In this document: positions 24,421-35,492 of the stretch, piece by piece
How positions within the stretch are numbered: position 1 is the stretch's first letter
Layout of the letters: each line of letters starts with the position of its first letter
Source of the DNA: Octopus sinensis
Lineage: Eukaryota
Assembly: GCF_006345805.1 (NCBI RefSeq)
Contig: NC_043020.1
Span: 9,114,001-9,178,000, forward strand
Direction of reading: 5' to 3'
Length of the DNA stretch: 64,000 nucleotides
Notes under the pieces: model-generated
Database searches by the model: none
Told to the model about the DNA's origin: nothing
Seen by the model: only the letters and a program-made list of their open reading frames with translations
Made by a program: the position numbers and the translations under genes

Positions 24421-27375
24421 TATTGTTGGAAACACTCCAGTTGTAACTCTTGACACTTGCTAGAGCCTAACAAATGTTATACACAAAACCTGAAGGCCAG
24501 GGTAACTGAGGTTTTGCTCTCATTTCTAACTCTAAACATATATATATATATATACACACACACACGCACACACATATACACTGTTGATAGGCCAGTGACT
24601 GCAGTATTTGTCCTAAGATAACATCTCTTCTGGACATAACGTGTTGCAAACAATATCTACTGCAGTAACTTGCTTATCAGCAATGTATATACATCAAGTA
24701 TAATACACAGATAGCATATTTATATTTAAAGCTGCTACCAGTTGCATATATATGTATATATATATATATATACAACAATAATATTAAGGAATGACCCTGA
24801 CAGGCCGTTCAACTCACTTGAAAAGAGCAGCTAAACTCAAACTGAAAAATAGTAGTAATTCTGAAACTAAAGGAGAAATGAAAACATAATATTATTGTTG
24901 AATATATTATATAGTCTGTGACTATTTCTACTTTCTCACTTGACCGCTGGTTGCAGAAAATTTTTCTTGAATTTTTTTGCTACCCTTATATTGATTAAGA
25001 TATATATATATATATATTGGAAATATAATTAAATTAGTTCCTAAGGCAGTTGTCAATCGATAGACTTACAATCAAATTACCAATTTACACGAAACTTCTA
25101 ATTACTTGTTCGTTATAATCAGCTATAAACACACTACCCCTCTCCCCCATCTCTCTATAAATGTCCTTTCTCCCTTTTTGTTAAAAAGGTGACGGCACAA
25201 TTTTTAAGCCTTATTAAATCTCAGAACGATGTGCCTCGTTTTAAACAGGACGACAAAACACACACACACACACAGAGGTTTTTATACCTGATTTATGACT
25301 TGTGTGATGTTTCTCTCCTTTGCTCAAAGTAGAACTGACGAGTCAGAGCTAGCTGACCACCAACAGCTTCTTCTTTATTTTGTTGCCATTGGTGACACTC
25401 AAAGAAATTCATCATATGTTTTAAAGAATATTATAGGTTATTGAAACATGGCTGTGTTCTGGGATGTAAAATCTGGAAATGTTTTGTGTTCACATCAATG
25501 ATAGAAATTGTTGCCTCCATCAAGTTGGTTTAGGAGAGGCCATTCCTTTCAGAGCTCTTGATGACCGATGGTCAAAATTTCTTGATGAATAGGACTAGGA
25601 GACTGATTTGAACTTGGCTTGCCAGGAGCTCACTTCCTCTCTGTGGTGCTTACATGAATGAACGTGTGATGTTGGGGGAATCTAACACAGTCAGTGCAAA
25701 AGTAAATAGACACTATCATTTTTGGAAGATTTATTTCTCTTATTATTTTTTATTATATTTGGATATTTATTGCTCAAAGAAGAAGTTTCTTTCTAATTGC
25801 TCTGCCAAAGTAGCCAAGTTGATGGAGGTACTTTACAGAAATACGCTGGCTCGTTTGGTATTGCTCCGCAGTATCAGCTGCCTTACCAACAGGGGATTAT
25901 TTTCAACAATCTCTTGGATGGCCCAAAGACACCTGTCAAAGGGCCCCAGGTCTTTCACAGCCAGATGCTGTTGGTTCCATCCCTTTCCAGGTGAATTGAA
26001 CAATCACTCTGTGGACTGTGTGGCAAGACGAATCCCTAGGTTTTTGTACAATCTTATGCTCGTCAATTCCAACAATGGATTGTCCTGCAAATATGCCTTC
26101 TTTGAAAATCAAATCATTCTTTGCACCATGGCTAATTGCAATAAACAATTAATATACAAATTCGAAGCACCAGGGAAGTATCTTCACAGATAGAATGCTA
26201 TAATGAAGACACATGTCTGTGGAGTGCTCAGCGACTTACACGTTAATTTCATGAGCAGGTTGTTCCGTTGATCAGATCAACCGGAACCCTCGTCATCGTA
26301 ACCGACGGAGTGCTTCCATCCATGCTATAATGTAGGGAGTCTGTTATACTTGTGGTATTTGTGTGTGTGTGTGTAGACAGAGAGAGAGAGAGAGAAAGCT
26401 AATGTACATCATTAAAAAAAAACGATGCTTTTCAAAAGGTTTTTCTTTTTCAAATCTGTTTTGTTATTTCTGAAACCTAATTTCCTGTTCTGGGATTTTA
26501 GAGAAGTGCAGAACTCCGTAGTTGACCAAAGTTCTGGTCTTCTCACACAAACGGTATTGATTGTATTTATTTATAAAATTCTACATTGTGTGTGTGTGTG
26601 TGCCTGTTTTATCACCCAGGAGATCACTTAATACCTACTTGTTTTAAATCCTCTCCCAACATGCCCCACCAGTCATGCCTCATGAAGAAAATTGTTTAAT
26701 TTTCTGAAGGCAGTTTATGACCTCGTTGCCTAGACAACACCACCAACAAAGAAGTGAAAAAAGGAAAATAACTGAATCTTTTGAAAGTCATACAGAGATT
26801 GTAAGAAGAATAATACAGACCCAGTCTAATTGCTTTCTTGATTAGGTGCTTTAATCTACGTTCTCGGTTCAAATCCTGCTGAGGTTCACTTTTGCTTTCA
26901 TCCTCTTTTGGAAGGGTTTCATAATACAAGTACCAGTAATACGCTGTGTCCTGTAAGACAACTTGATCTTGTGCCTAGCTATATTGAAGCTATTCTCAAT
27001 ATTCCAATATTGACTTAGATTATGTTAACAAAGCTGAGGTGTGTATGTATATACATATATATATATGTGTGTGTGTGTGTGTATATATATGTGCTCATAT
27101 TTATATAAGTGGGTGCTGTAAATATTGCCAATATGTATCTGAGTAAATATGTGTGTGTATACATACATGCATATCTAGAAGTGTTTGTTTGTGTGTGTGT
27201 ATATATATAAATGTGTGTACATATGTCTATATGCATATATATAAATCTGTGTGTGTGTACATATATATATAAATGTGTGTACATATGTCTATATGCATAT
27301 ATATAAATCTGTGTGTGTGTGTATATATATAAATTTGTGTACATATGTCTATATGCATATATGTAAATCTGTGTG

Positions 27376-27406
<31 letters not shown>

Positions 27407-27800
27407 GTCTGTGTATGTTACATAAAAACAAAATCTATATAAAAGATGGAGATGAGAGGAAAATTGCGGCCTGTGACTAAATTCACACAAAAAATAAGAT
27501 TCTTTTATTCCTTTCCTTACCTAAAAAGAAAAAGAAAAAAATATTCTGATTCTGTGACAATGTCTACTGGTTTTCTTTGTTCCACTTGGATAACATCGCT
27601 TGTGGCCGCTGACTAGAATAGACCAAACCCAAAACTGAACTTTTTGTTCCACACGAATGAACATCGCTTGTGGTGGCCAACTAGAATAGACCAGCTATAT
27701 TCTACAACTACTGAAGCTATAATTCTATGACTAACCCTAAAACAACAAAAAAAAGCCAAAAATGCAATCTATTTGAGCTTTTTTTTCTTTTTTTCTTTTC

Positions 27801-27832
<32 letters not shown>

Positions 27833-28255
27833 AGTCAGGTTGTTTTATCAACTGAAGAACTTTGCTAAGAACTCTAATGAATTTATTATAAAAAACAATG
27901 CAAAGACACAAATACATGGACACACAGACATGCATACATATACAGAAAAAATATAAACCAAAAGGACTAAGAAGAAGAAGAAGAAGAAGAAGAAGAAAGA
28001 AAAGAGAAAACTGTCTGTCAATGAAGCTGTCAGTTTCTTGTAATATTGTGTAAATTCTGTTAATATTAAAAGAGAACAATGTTTTCCAATAATTATTCTG
28101 TCTGTTTTTACTGTTTTTTGTCTTTTTTTTAATTCAAAAATTGAAATAAAATAAACCATTTTTTTTATCTTCTTCATCCCCTTGAGAATTATTTAAAAAA
28201 AGTTTTTCTTGAGCCCTAGGACTTCCAAGACCAGTTACCTGGATTCTAAAAAAAA

Positions 28256-28600
28256 GGTAAAGACCCCCTTCGGTCATGAATGACCATGGGATTGCACCTA
28301 GAAAGTTACCCTCCTAGACACAAGTCCGGGCAAGGTTGTTCTTTATGGAAGACCAGCAGTCACCCATGCATACCAGCCTCTCCTCTCCACGCCACCAGTG
28401 TTATCCAAGGGAAAGACAAAGGGGCCGATACAGCCTGGCACCTGTGACGTTGCAACTCATTTCTACAGCTGAGTGAACTGGAGCAACGTGAAATAAAGTG
28501 CCTTGCTCAAGAACACAACACGCAGCCCAGTCCGGGATTTGAGCTCACAACCTCACGATCGTAAACTCGACGCTCTAACCACTGAGCCATGCGCCTTCAC
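28256..28600 (-). mobile_element. tRNA-derived SINE (shared central domain plus a different tail ending CATGACCGAAGGGGTCTTTACC)
   Basis: Head GGCGCATGGCTCAGTGG; central block TTGAGCAAGGCACTTTATTTCACGTTGCTCCAGTTCACTCAGCTG. Confidence 0.82.
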
Positions 28601-29281
28601 CTGGATTCTATGGCATATATATATATATATATATATATGATCGAGATCACAACACCTTCTTCCGAATGGGATGCCAGTTTGTTGCAAGTTTTGAGGGGAG
28701 TGGGGGACAAGTCGATTGCATTTGACCCCAGTGACTGACCTCCTGAATGGAGTAAAAGCAAGGTTGACTTTGGTGGGTTTTGAACTCAGCTCGTAAAGAG
28801 ACTGAAGTAAATGTTGCCAAGCATTTTGCCTGGCATGTGAACAATTCTGCCAGCTCATTGCCTTCAAATTTTGGCACAAGGCCAGCAACTTCAGAGGAGT
28901 AGTCAAGTTGATTACATCTACCCAAGTATGATATTGACCCCTAAAGGATGAAAGGCAAAGTTGACCTCAGCAGAATTTGAGCTCAGAACGTAAAGACAGG
29001 TGAAATGTCGCTAAGCATCTTACCTGGTGTGTTAACGATCCTACCAACTTTGTCACCTTGAAATGATATAAAATTAAGTCAGTGATGGAACCTCTATGTA
29101 GTTACTTGTTGGATTTTCTGGTGGTAGTCTGGTATTTTTTATGTCTGCTATTTCAGTACAATTCTATGCATGCTTGAAACATTGGGAGGTTTTAGCTTTT
29201 TCAAAGTGGGTAGGTGGTGAGTGGGGGAAGGGGCATTGAGTATTTCTTTAAGAAAAATTAAACTTTAAAAAAAAAATATAT

Positions 29282-29411
29282 AGGAATGGCTGTGTGGTAA
29301 GTAGCTTGCTAACCAACCACATGGTTCCGGGTTCAGTCCCACTGCGTGGCATCTTGGGCAAGGCGGTGCTCCAGTATGGCCGCAGTCAAATGACTGAAAC
29401 AAGTAAAAGAA
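29282..29411 (+). mobile_element. SINE-A reduced to head plus tail by an internal deletion at AAG microhomology
   Basis: ...CTTGGGCAAG|GCGGTGCTCCAG... Confidence 0.85.
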
Positions 29412-29664
29412 AGAGATATATTTCTCAGATTTGCATTTTTCTGTGTGGATAAAAAAATTCGGAAAAAAGTTACAAATTGAGAAATTGCTGTGGGGACAGG
29501 GGCAGGGAATGTGATTTCTGGGCAAAATCATATTGACCCACTTTTATATGACAAAACAATACATAGTTTGTGATCCTTTCTTAAGAAAGGACTTTCATGC
29601 AAATTGTACTCTCTCCTTTCACTTTTAAACAAACTATAACTTCCATTACACCAGTAATCCAGTT

Positions 29665-30228
29665 CACTATATATCAGCTGTGCCAATTCATCATCTGGAA
29701 AAGACTTTCTAACTAGAAAGGGTATGGCCTGGTCAGCCTGTAATGATATGCATAAGATCTGGTCATCAAATCTAAGTAGAGACTTCAAACTTGAAATCTT
29801 CAAAGCCACAGTCGAACCAATTCTACTATAGGGCTCAGAAACCTGGACGTTATCAAAGAAGCTTGAGAGGTGGTTGGAGGGAACCTACACTCGCCTCCTT
29901 ATGAGAGCTCAAAATCTCTCGTGGAAGCGCCATCCAACCAAAATGCAAATATATGGAAAACTACCACCTGTGTCATCTCTTGTGAAAGGTAGGAGAGTCC
30001 AGTTTGCTGGACATTGTTGTAGAGCTGAAAAAGAAGTAATTTCTACTCTTCTCCTCTGGAAGCCATCTACTCGCAATACCAGAGGGCGCACACTCTCCTA
30101 CCCTGATGTAATCTCCAGGGATACAGGCACCCAGCAACAGGACCTCCGTAATGCCATGATGGACCGTGAAGTCTGGCGTAGCATGGTAAATTCCATTGTC
30201 TCGACCACGGTCGAACAATGATGATGAT
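29665..30228 (+). mobile_element. 5'-truncated RTE LINE, second family (ORF C-terminus plus (GAT)n tail)
   Basis: SSGKDFLTRKGMAWSAC..MHKIW...FKATVEPILL*GSETWTL...RRVQFAGHC...DREVWR; ends in ATGATGATGATG. Confidence 0.88.
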
Positions 30229-30589
30229 GTGCCAATTCTGTCTGTAGGAAAGGAACAAATAATACAATGTGGTTGCTGGCCATAATGTCTGGACAATGCC
30301 AGGATGCATTGTTTGTATGTGTGTATATATGTATATATTTACAGGGTTGTTCAAAAAGAATGAACTGATTTCATTACACAATATTTTAATAAGGAAAAGC
30401 AAGAGAAACTTGTATTGAAACTGACCAGATCTTGCCTTTCACCTCAGCCCTACCATTTCATTCTAAAACTGAAAAATCACATCACTGAAACCTCTAAACT
30501 ACAAGATAATGCAGGATTAATTCAAACCATTTTAAATAAACAAACATCACATTTGACAGAATAATCTGAACATTAAAGGGTTAATGTTT

Positions 30590-31160
30590 AAAGTATGTTT
30601 GTAAATCTTCATAATCAAATAGGTGTACAGGGTATTATTGGACTCCAAAAATCCGTCCGTACCGTTTTCTAACTTACACTCTATATTGAGTGAGAAAACG
30701 GTATGGGCGGATTTTTGGAGTCCAATAATACCCTGTCAGAAGCACTCCGTCGGTTACGACGATGAGGGTTCCGGTTGATCCAAATCAACGGAACAGCCTG
30801 CTCGTGAAATTAACGTGTAAGTGGCTGAGCACGCCACAGACACGTGTACCCTTAATGTAGTTCTCGGGGATATTCAGCGTGACACAGAGAGTGACAAGGC
30901 CGGCCCTTTGAAATACAAGTACAACAGAAACAGGAAGTAAGAGTGAGAGAAAGTTGTGGTGAAAGAGTACAGCAGGGATCACCTGCCGGAGCCTCGTAGA
31001 GCTTTAGGTGTTTTCACTCAATAAACACTCACAACTCCCGGTCTGGGAATCGAAACCGCGATCCTATGACTGTGAGTCCGCTGCCCTAACCACTGGGCCA
31101 TTGCGCCTCCACTAATACCCTGTACACCTATTTGATTATGAAGATTTACAAACATACTTT
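30590..31160. mobile_element. Palindromic MITE-like element (arms about 80 bp) split by the SINE-D insertion
   Basis: AAAGTATGTTTGTAAATCTTCATAATCAAATAGGTGTACAGGGTATTATTGGACTCCAAAAATCCG...mirrored once the SINE and one TSD are removed. Confidence 0.85.
30737..31112 (-). mobile_element. SINE family D (tRNA head GGAGGCGCAATGGCCCAGTGG...GGTTTCGATTCCC) with 11-bp TSD
   Basis: TSD TAATACCCTGT at 30726-30736 and 31113-31123. Related pieces at 26210-26320, 49935-50045 and 53615-53800. Confidence 0.9.
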
Positions 31161-31491
31161 CTCAGTGATACTCAGTTTACCTACCATTATAAATAATACC
31201 AAATGTTCTTTCTCAGACCTTTCATAATGTGATACAAGTCTTTGGTGTAGCAATTGCATGCGGCTGAAGAGGGCTTTTAAACTATCTGTTATGTCGATTA
31301 TACATTGATGTAAGAATAATTTGTTTTATAAAGCTCGAAACATGTGTACCGCGACATCCTTTGTGTCCTGTTTTCCATTTTATTTCATTTGATACATACA
31401 TCCTCTCACCTCTGCTACTACCTGGTATATACAGGTGTTTACATTTATCAAGTATTCACCCTGAATTTATTATATATATATATATATATAT

Positions 31492-31700
31492 AGTTAATCC
31501 AAACAAGAAAACACAAAAAAACACAACAACGCAAGGACGTGGAACAAATATAGTATTATTCGACGCTCAGGGAAGAAGGAGGGCTTAACGTTTCGAGCGG
31601 AGCTCTTCGTCGGAAACATAGGAGAAGGAAAGATCCAGAGAAGGGAAGACAGGAAAAAAAATCGCCAATGGTACACACGAGGTCACATTTTGAAAATATA
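31492..31700 (-). mobile_element. Penelope-like terminal relic with variant hammerhead core (CCGACGA-A-GAGC-TCC-GCTC-GAAA-CG-TT)
   Basis: Motif at 31583-31617 on the minus strand; element flanked by (TA)n on both sides. Confidence 0.55.
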
Positions 31701-31735
31701 TATATATATATATGTTATGTTTTTATATATATATA

Positions 31736-32124
31736 GGCGCAGGAGTGGCTGTGTGGTAAGTAGCTTGCTAACCAACCACATGGTTCTGGGTTCAGTCCCA
31801 CTGCGTGGCATCTTGGGCAAGTGTCTTCTGCTATAGCCCCGGGCCGACCAATGCCTTGTGAGTGGATTTGGTAGACGGAAACTGAAAGAAGCCTGTCGTA
31901 TATATGTATATATATATATATGTGTATGTGTGTGTGTTTGTCCCCCTAGCATTGCTTGACAACCGATGCTGGTGTGTTTACGTCCCCGTCACTTAGCAGT
32001 TCGGCAAAAGAGACTGATAGAATAAGTACTGGGCTTACAAAGAATAAGTCCCGGGGTCGATTTGCTCGACTAAAGGCGGTGCTCCAGCATGGCCACAGTC
32101 AAATGACTGAAACAAGTAAAAGAG
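31736..32124 (+). mobile_element. SINE-A, full length, in (TA)n
   Basis: Same consensus as 6233-6642. Confidence 0.9.
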
Positions 32125-32142
32125 TATATATATATATATATA

Positions 32143-32331
32143 CAAGGGGGCACTGAAAAGTTCTTGGCTTTAAGGGTGTCGCAAAAAGCCTTCTGAGTTA
32201 TTTTACATGGCTTAAAAAATGTGAAGAGCCGCTGCAATAAGTGTGTGAATCTGAGAAGGGAATATGTTGAATAAATTCGTAATTAACAAATCCCCCTGTA
32301 TTTGATTTTATCCAAAGCCAGTCCCTTCTTG
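32143..32331. mobile_element. Probable mariner-type MITE with a damaged right end
   Basis: TA-CAAGGGGGCACTGAAAAGTTCTTGGCT...AGCCAGTCCCTTCTTG-TA. Confidence 0.5.
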
Positions 32332-32428
32332 TATATATGAATGTCTGTCAATGTCCATCTGTAAGAAGCATGATACCCAAGTGCATTTTTAAGAAAAATA
32401 CCTTGTGGTATTTATTCCATTGCTCCCT

Positions 32429-32653
32429 TACTCTCTCTTTTACTCTCTTTTACTTGTTTCAGTCATTTGACTATGCCATGCTGGAGCACCACCTTTAGTC
32501 GAGCAAATCGACCCCAGGACTTATTCTTTGTAAGCGCAGTACTTATTCTATTGGTCTCTTTTTGCCGAACCGCTAAGTGACGGGGACGTAAACACACCAG
32601 CATCGGTTGTCAAGCAATGCTAGGAGGACAAACACAAACACACACACATACAC

Positions 32654-32690
<37 letters not shown>

Positions 32691-32848
32691 CGACAGGCTT
32701 CTTTCAGTTTCCGTCTACCAAATCCACTCACAAGGCTTTGGTCGGCCCGAGGCTATAGTAGAAGACACTTGCCCAAGATGCCACGCAGTGGGACTGAACC
32801 CGGAACCATGTGGTTGGTTAGCAAGCTACTTACCACACAGCCACTCCT
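32429..32848 (-). mobile_element. SINE-A, inverted relative to 31736-32124
   Basis: Same consensus. Confidence 0.9.
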
Positions 32849-33344
32849 GAAATATAATGAGAAAATAAAGACAAAAACATTTTGCTCTCCACCAAAATAG
32901 AATTCTGCTGTTGCAAAGGTTAAAAAATTTAAGCTTTACTAAAAATTATTGAGATTAATGTTAAATTGTTTCTCATGTATAACTAAACAGAAAAGTACTT
33001 CTAAACCACAAGATTCTGGGTTCAGTCCCACTGTGTGGTACCTTGGGCAAGTGTCTTCCACCGTAGCCTCGGACCAACCAAAGCCTTGTGAGTGGACGTT
33101 AAAGGTGGAAACTGAAAGAAGCCTGGCACATATACGTATATATGTGTGTCTTTGTGTTTGTCCCCCATCACAGCTTAGTGACCAGTTCTGGTTTGTTTCC
33201 TGAGCAGTTCAACTAAGAGTAACCAATATAAGAACCAGATTTACAAAAACAAAGTACAGTGGTTGATTTATTTCTTTCAAGGCGGTGCCACAGCTTGGCC
33301 ACACTCTAATAGCTAAAATAAATAAAAGATAAAAACATTGTCAT

Positions 33345-33780
33345 CATTTCACATCCGTTTTCCATGCTGGCATGGATTGGATGGTTTGACAGGAGCTGGT
33401 TTGACAAGGCGGCGAGCTGGCAGAAACGTTAGCGCGCCGGGCAAAATGCTTAGCGGTATTTCATCTGTCATTACGTTGTGAGTTCAAATTCCGCCGAGGT
33501 CGACTTTGCTTTTCATCCTTTCGGGGTCGATAAATTAAGTACCAGTTACGCACTGGGGTCGATGTAATCGACTTAATACCTATGTCTGTCCTTGTTTGTC
33601 CCCTCTGTGTTTAGCCCCTTGTGGGTAATAAAGAAATAGGTTTGACAGGAGCTGACAAGCCAGGGAGTTGCACCAGGTGCCAATTGTCAGCTTTGCTATG
33701 GTTTCTATAACTACATAACCTTCCTAATGCCAACCACTTTACAGAGTGTATTGGATGCTTTTTATGTGACACCGTGTGCA
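33345..33780 (-). mobile_element. Diverged RTE 3' UTR interrupted by SINE-B (33410-33638)
   Basis: Family motifs; duplicated GGTTTGACAGGAGCTG around the SINE. Confidence 0.7.
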
Positions 33781-34037
33781 CACACACACACACACACACA
33801 CACAGTGGCGAACTGGGTCTAAAAAATTGGTTGCCTGGAGACTAAGGGGGCCCACCGGCAACTACGATGCTATCATTTAATTTCTTTTTTTGTTAAAAGT
33901 ATTCTTTTCAACTGTCTCCAAACACAGCCAGGCTGAAATAATTAATACATTCTTCCAGGAGTGAATAACAAATTCTCAAACTTGAGGGGATGGGCTCCTT
34001 AGATACTAACAGGGGGCACCCCATATATAGATTCTAA

Positions 34038-34269
34038 ATGCGGCGAGCTGGCAGAAACGTTAGCACGCCGGACGAAATGCGTAGCCGTATTTCATCTGCC
34101 GCTGCGTTCTGAGTTCAAATTCCGCCGAGGTCGACTTTGCCTTTCATCCTTTCGGGGTCGATAAATTAAGTACCAGTTACGCACTGAGGTTGATATAATC
34201 GACTTAATCCGTTTGTCTGTCCTTGTTTGTCCTCTCTGTGTTAAGCCCCTTGTGGGTAATAAACAAATA
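34038..34269 (+). mobile_element. SINE family B (GCGGCGAGCTGGCAGAAACGTTAGC...GTCGACTTTGCCTTTCATCCTTTCGGGGTCGATAAATTAAGTACCAG...) with 16-bp TSD
   Basis: TSD CATATATAGATTCTAA at 34022-34037 and 34270-34285; B-box-like GAGTTCAAATTCC. Confidence 0.9.
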
Positions 34270-34394
34270 CATATATAGATTCTAATGTATATACACAAGG
34301 AAAATAGCTGGTTATAGAATCTCAAGAGATCAGAGTAGTAACCATAGTAACAAGTAAAGTCAATCGCCACCATCCAAGTTGCTGGGGCATGTAC

Positions 34395-34443
34395 TCACGA
34401 CTGAAGACGAGCCAAGCAGTTCGAAACCCAGTTGGTCTCGTGA
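34395..34443 (+). ncRNA. Type I minimal hammerhead ribozyme with intact core
   Basis: TCACGA-CTGAAGA-C-GAGC(caagca)GTTC-GAAA-CC(cagtt)GG-TC|TCGTGA: 6-bp helix I, 4-bp helix II, short helix III; predicted cleavage after C34437. Confidence 0.8.
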
Positions 34444-34624
34444 TCCTGTTGTCTGTCGGAGAATGGTAGGGGTTCGATCCCCCTGCTAGCAATATATATT
34501 GTATATAAAGGGTGTAGCGTCGCGTCGATAGCCAGCTGGTGGAAGATCTGCCTGGGGTTAAACTAGTGCTAACATGGAACAGCCACTTTGACGAGGCGAT
34601 TGACTTTAGTTTTATATATATATA

Positions 34625-35032
34625 GGCGCAGGAGTGGCTGTGTGGTAAGTAGCTTGCTAATCAACCACATGGTTCTGGGTTCAGTCCCACTGCGTGGCAT
34701 CTTGGGCAAGTGTCTTCTACTATAGCCTCGGGCCGACCAATGCCATGTGAGTAGATTTGGTAGACGGAAACTGAAAGAAGCCTGTCATATATATGTATAT
34801 ATATATGTGTATGTGTGTGTATATGTTTGTGTCTGTGTTTGTCCCCCTAGCATTGCTTGACAACCGATGCTGTTGTGTTTACGTCCCCGTCACTTAGCGG
34901 TTCGGCAAAAGAGACTGATAGAATAAGTACTGGGCTTACAAAGAATAAGTCCCGGGGTCGATTTGCTCGACTAAAGGCTGTGCTCCAGCATGGCCGCAGT
35001 CAAATGACTGAAACAAGTAAAAGAGTAAAGAG
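34625..35032 (+). mobile_element. SINE-A, full length, in (TA)n
   Basis: Same consensus. Confidence 0.9.
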
Positions 35033-35034
35033 TA

Positions 35035-35052
<18 letters not shown>

Positions 35053-35078
<26 letters not shown>

Positions 35079-35490
35079 TGTGTACAGTGCTCAGGTGCAC
35101 TACAACTCATCTAAAGTGTATATATAATCAGGTGTAGTTTCGGCGGATTTCGGAAAGCATGAGGGCCTTAAAGGATGCAGTGTCATGGCAGTCAACAACT
35201 GACGCAGGCAGTTTGTTCCATGCTTCAGCAACTCTGAGCGTGAAGAAATGTTTCCGAAAGTCATGGGAGCTGTGTTGTTTTCTGACTTTGTAGGCATGTC
35301 CACGTGTGTTGGACACATGGAGATCAAAAAGGTGTTCAGTGTTGTTGTTGGTGAGGTGGTTGATAACTTTGTGGGTGTTTACCAAGTCCGTCGCCAGACG
35401 CCGGAGCTTCCGTGAATCCATGCCCAGGGAAACAAGGCGCTCAGAATATGGTAGGTGTCTGATGGAGGGTATGCGTTTGGTTGCACGTCT
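35053..35490 (-). mobile_element. CR1 3' fragment (short-UTR subfamily)
   Basis: ORF 35128-35421 (...RGHAYKVRKQHSSHDFRKHFFTLRVAEAWNKLP...) plus (ATT)n tail. Confidence 0.92.
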
Positions 35491-35492
35491 CT

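Noticed and set aside
25338-25362. CTGACGA followed by a perfect GTCAG/CTGAC stem (hammerhead-like)
   Set aside because: No GAAA after the stem, and no helix III or cleavage triplet.
31736-31810. tRNA genes at SINE heads
   Set aside because: A and B boxes are present but there is no complete cloverleaf, and each continues into a SINE body.
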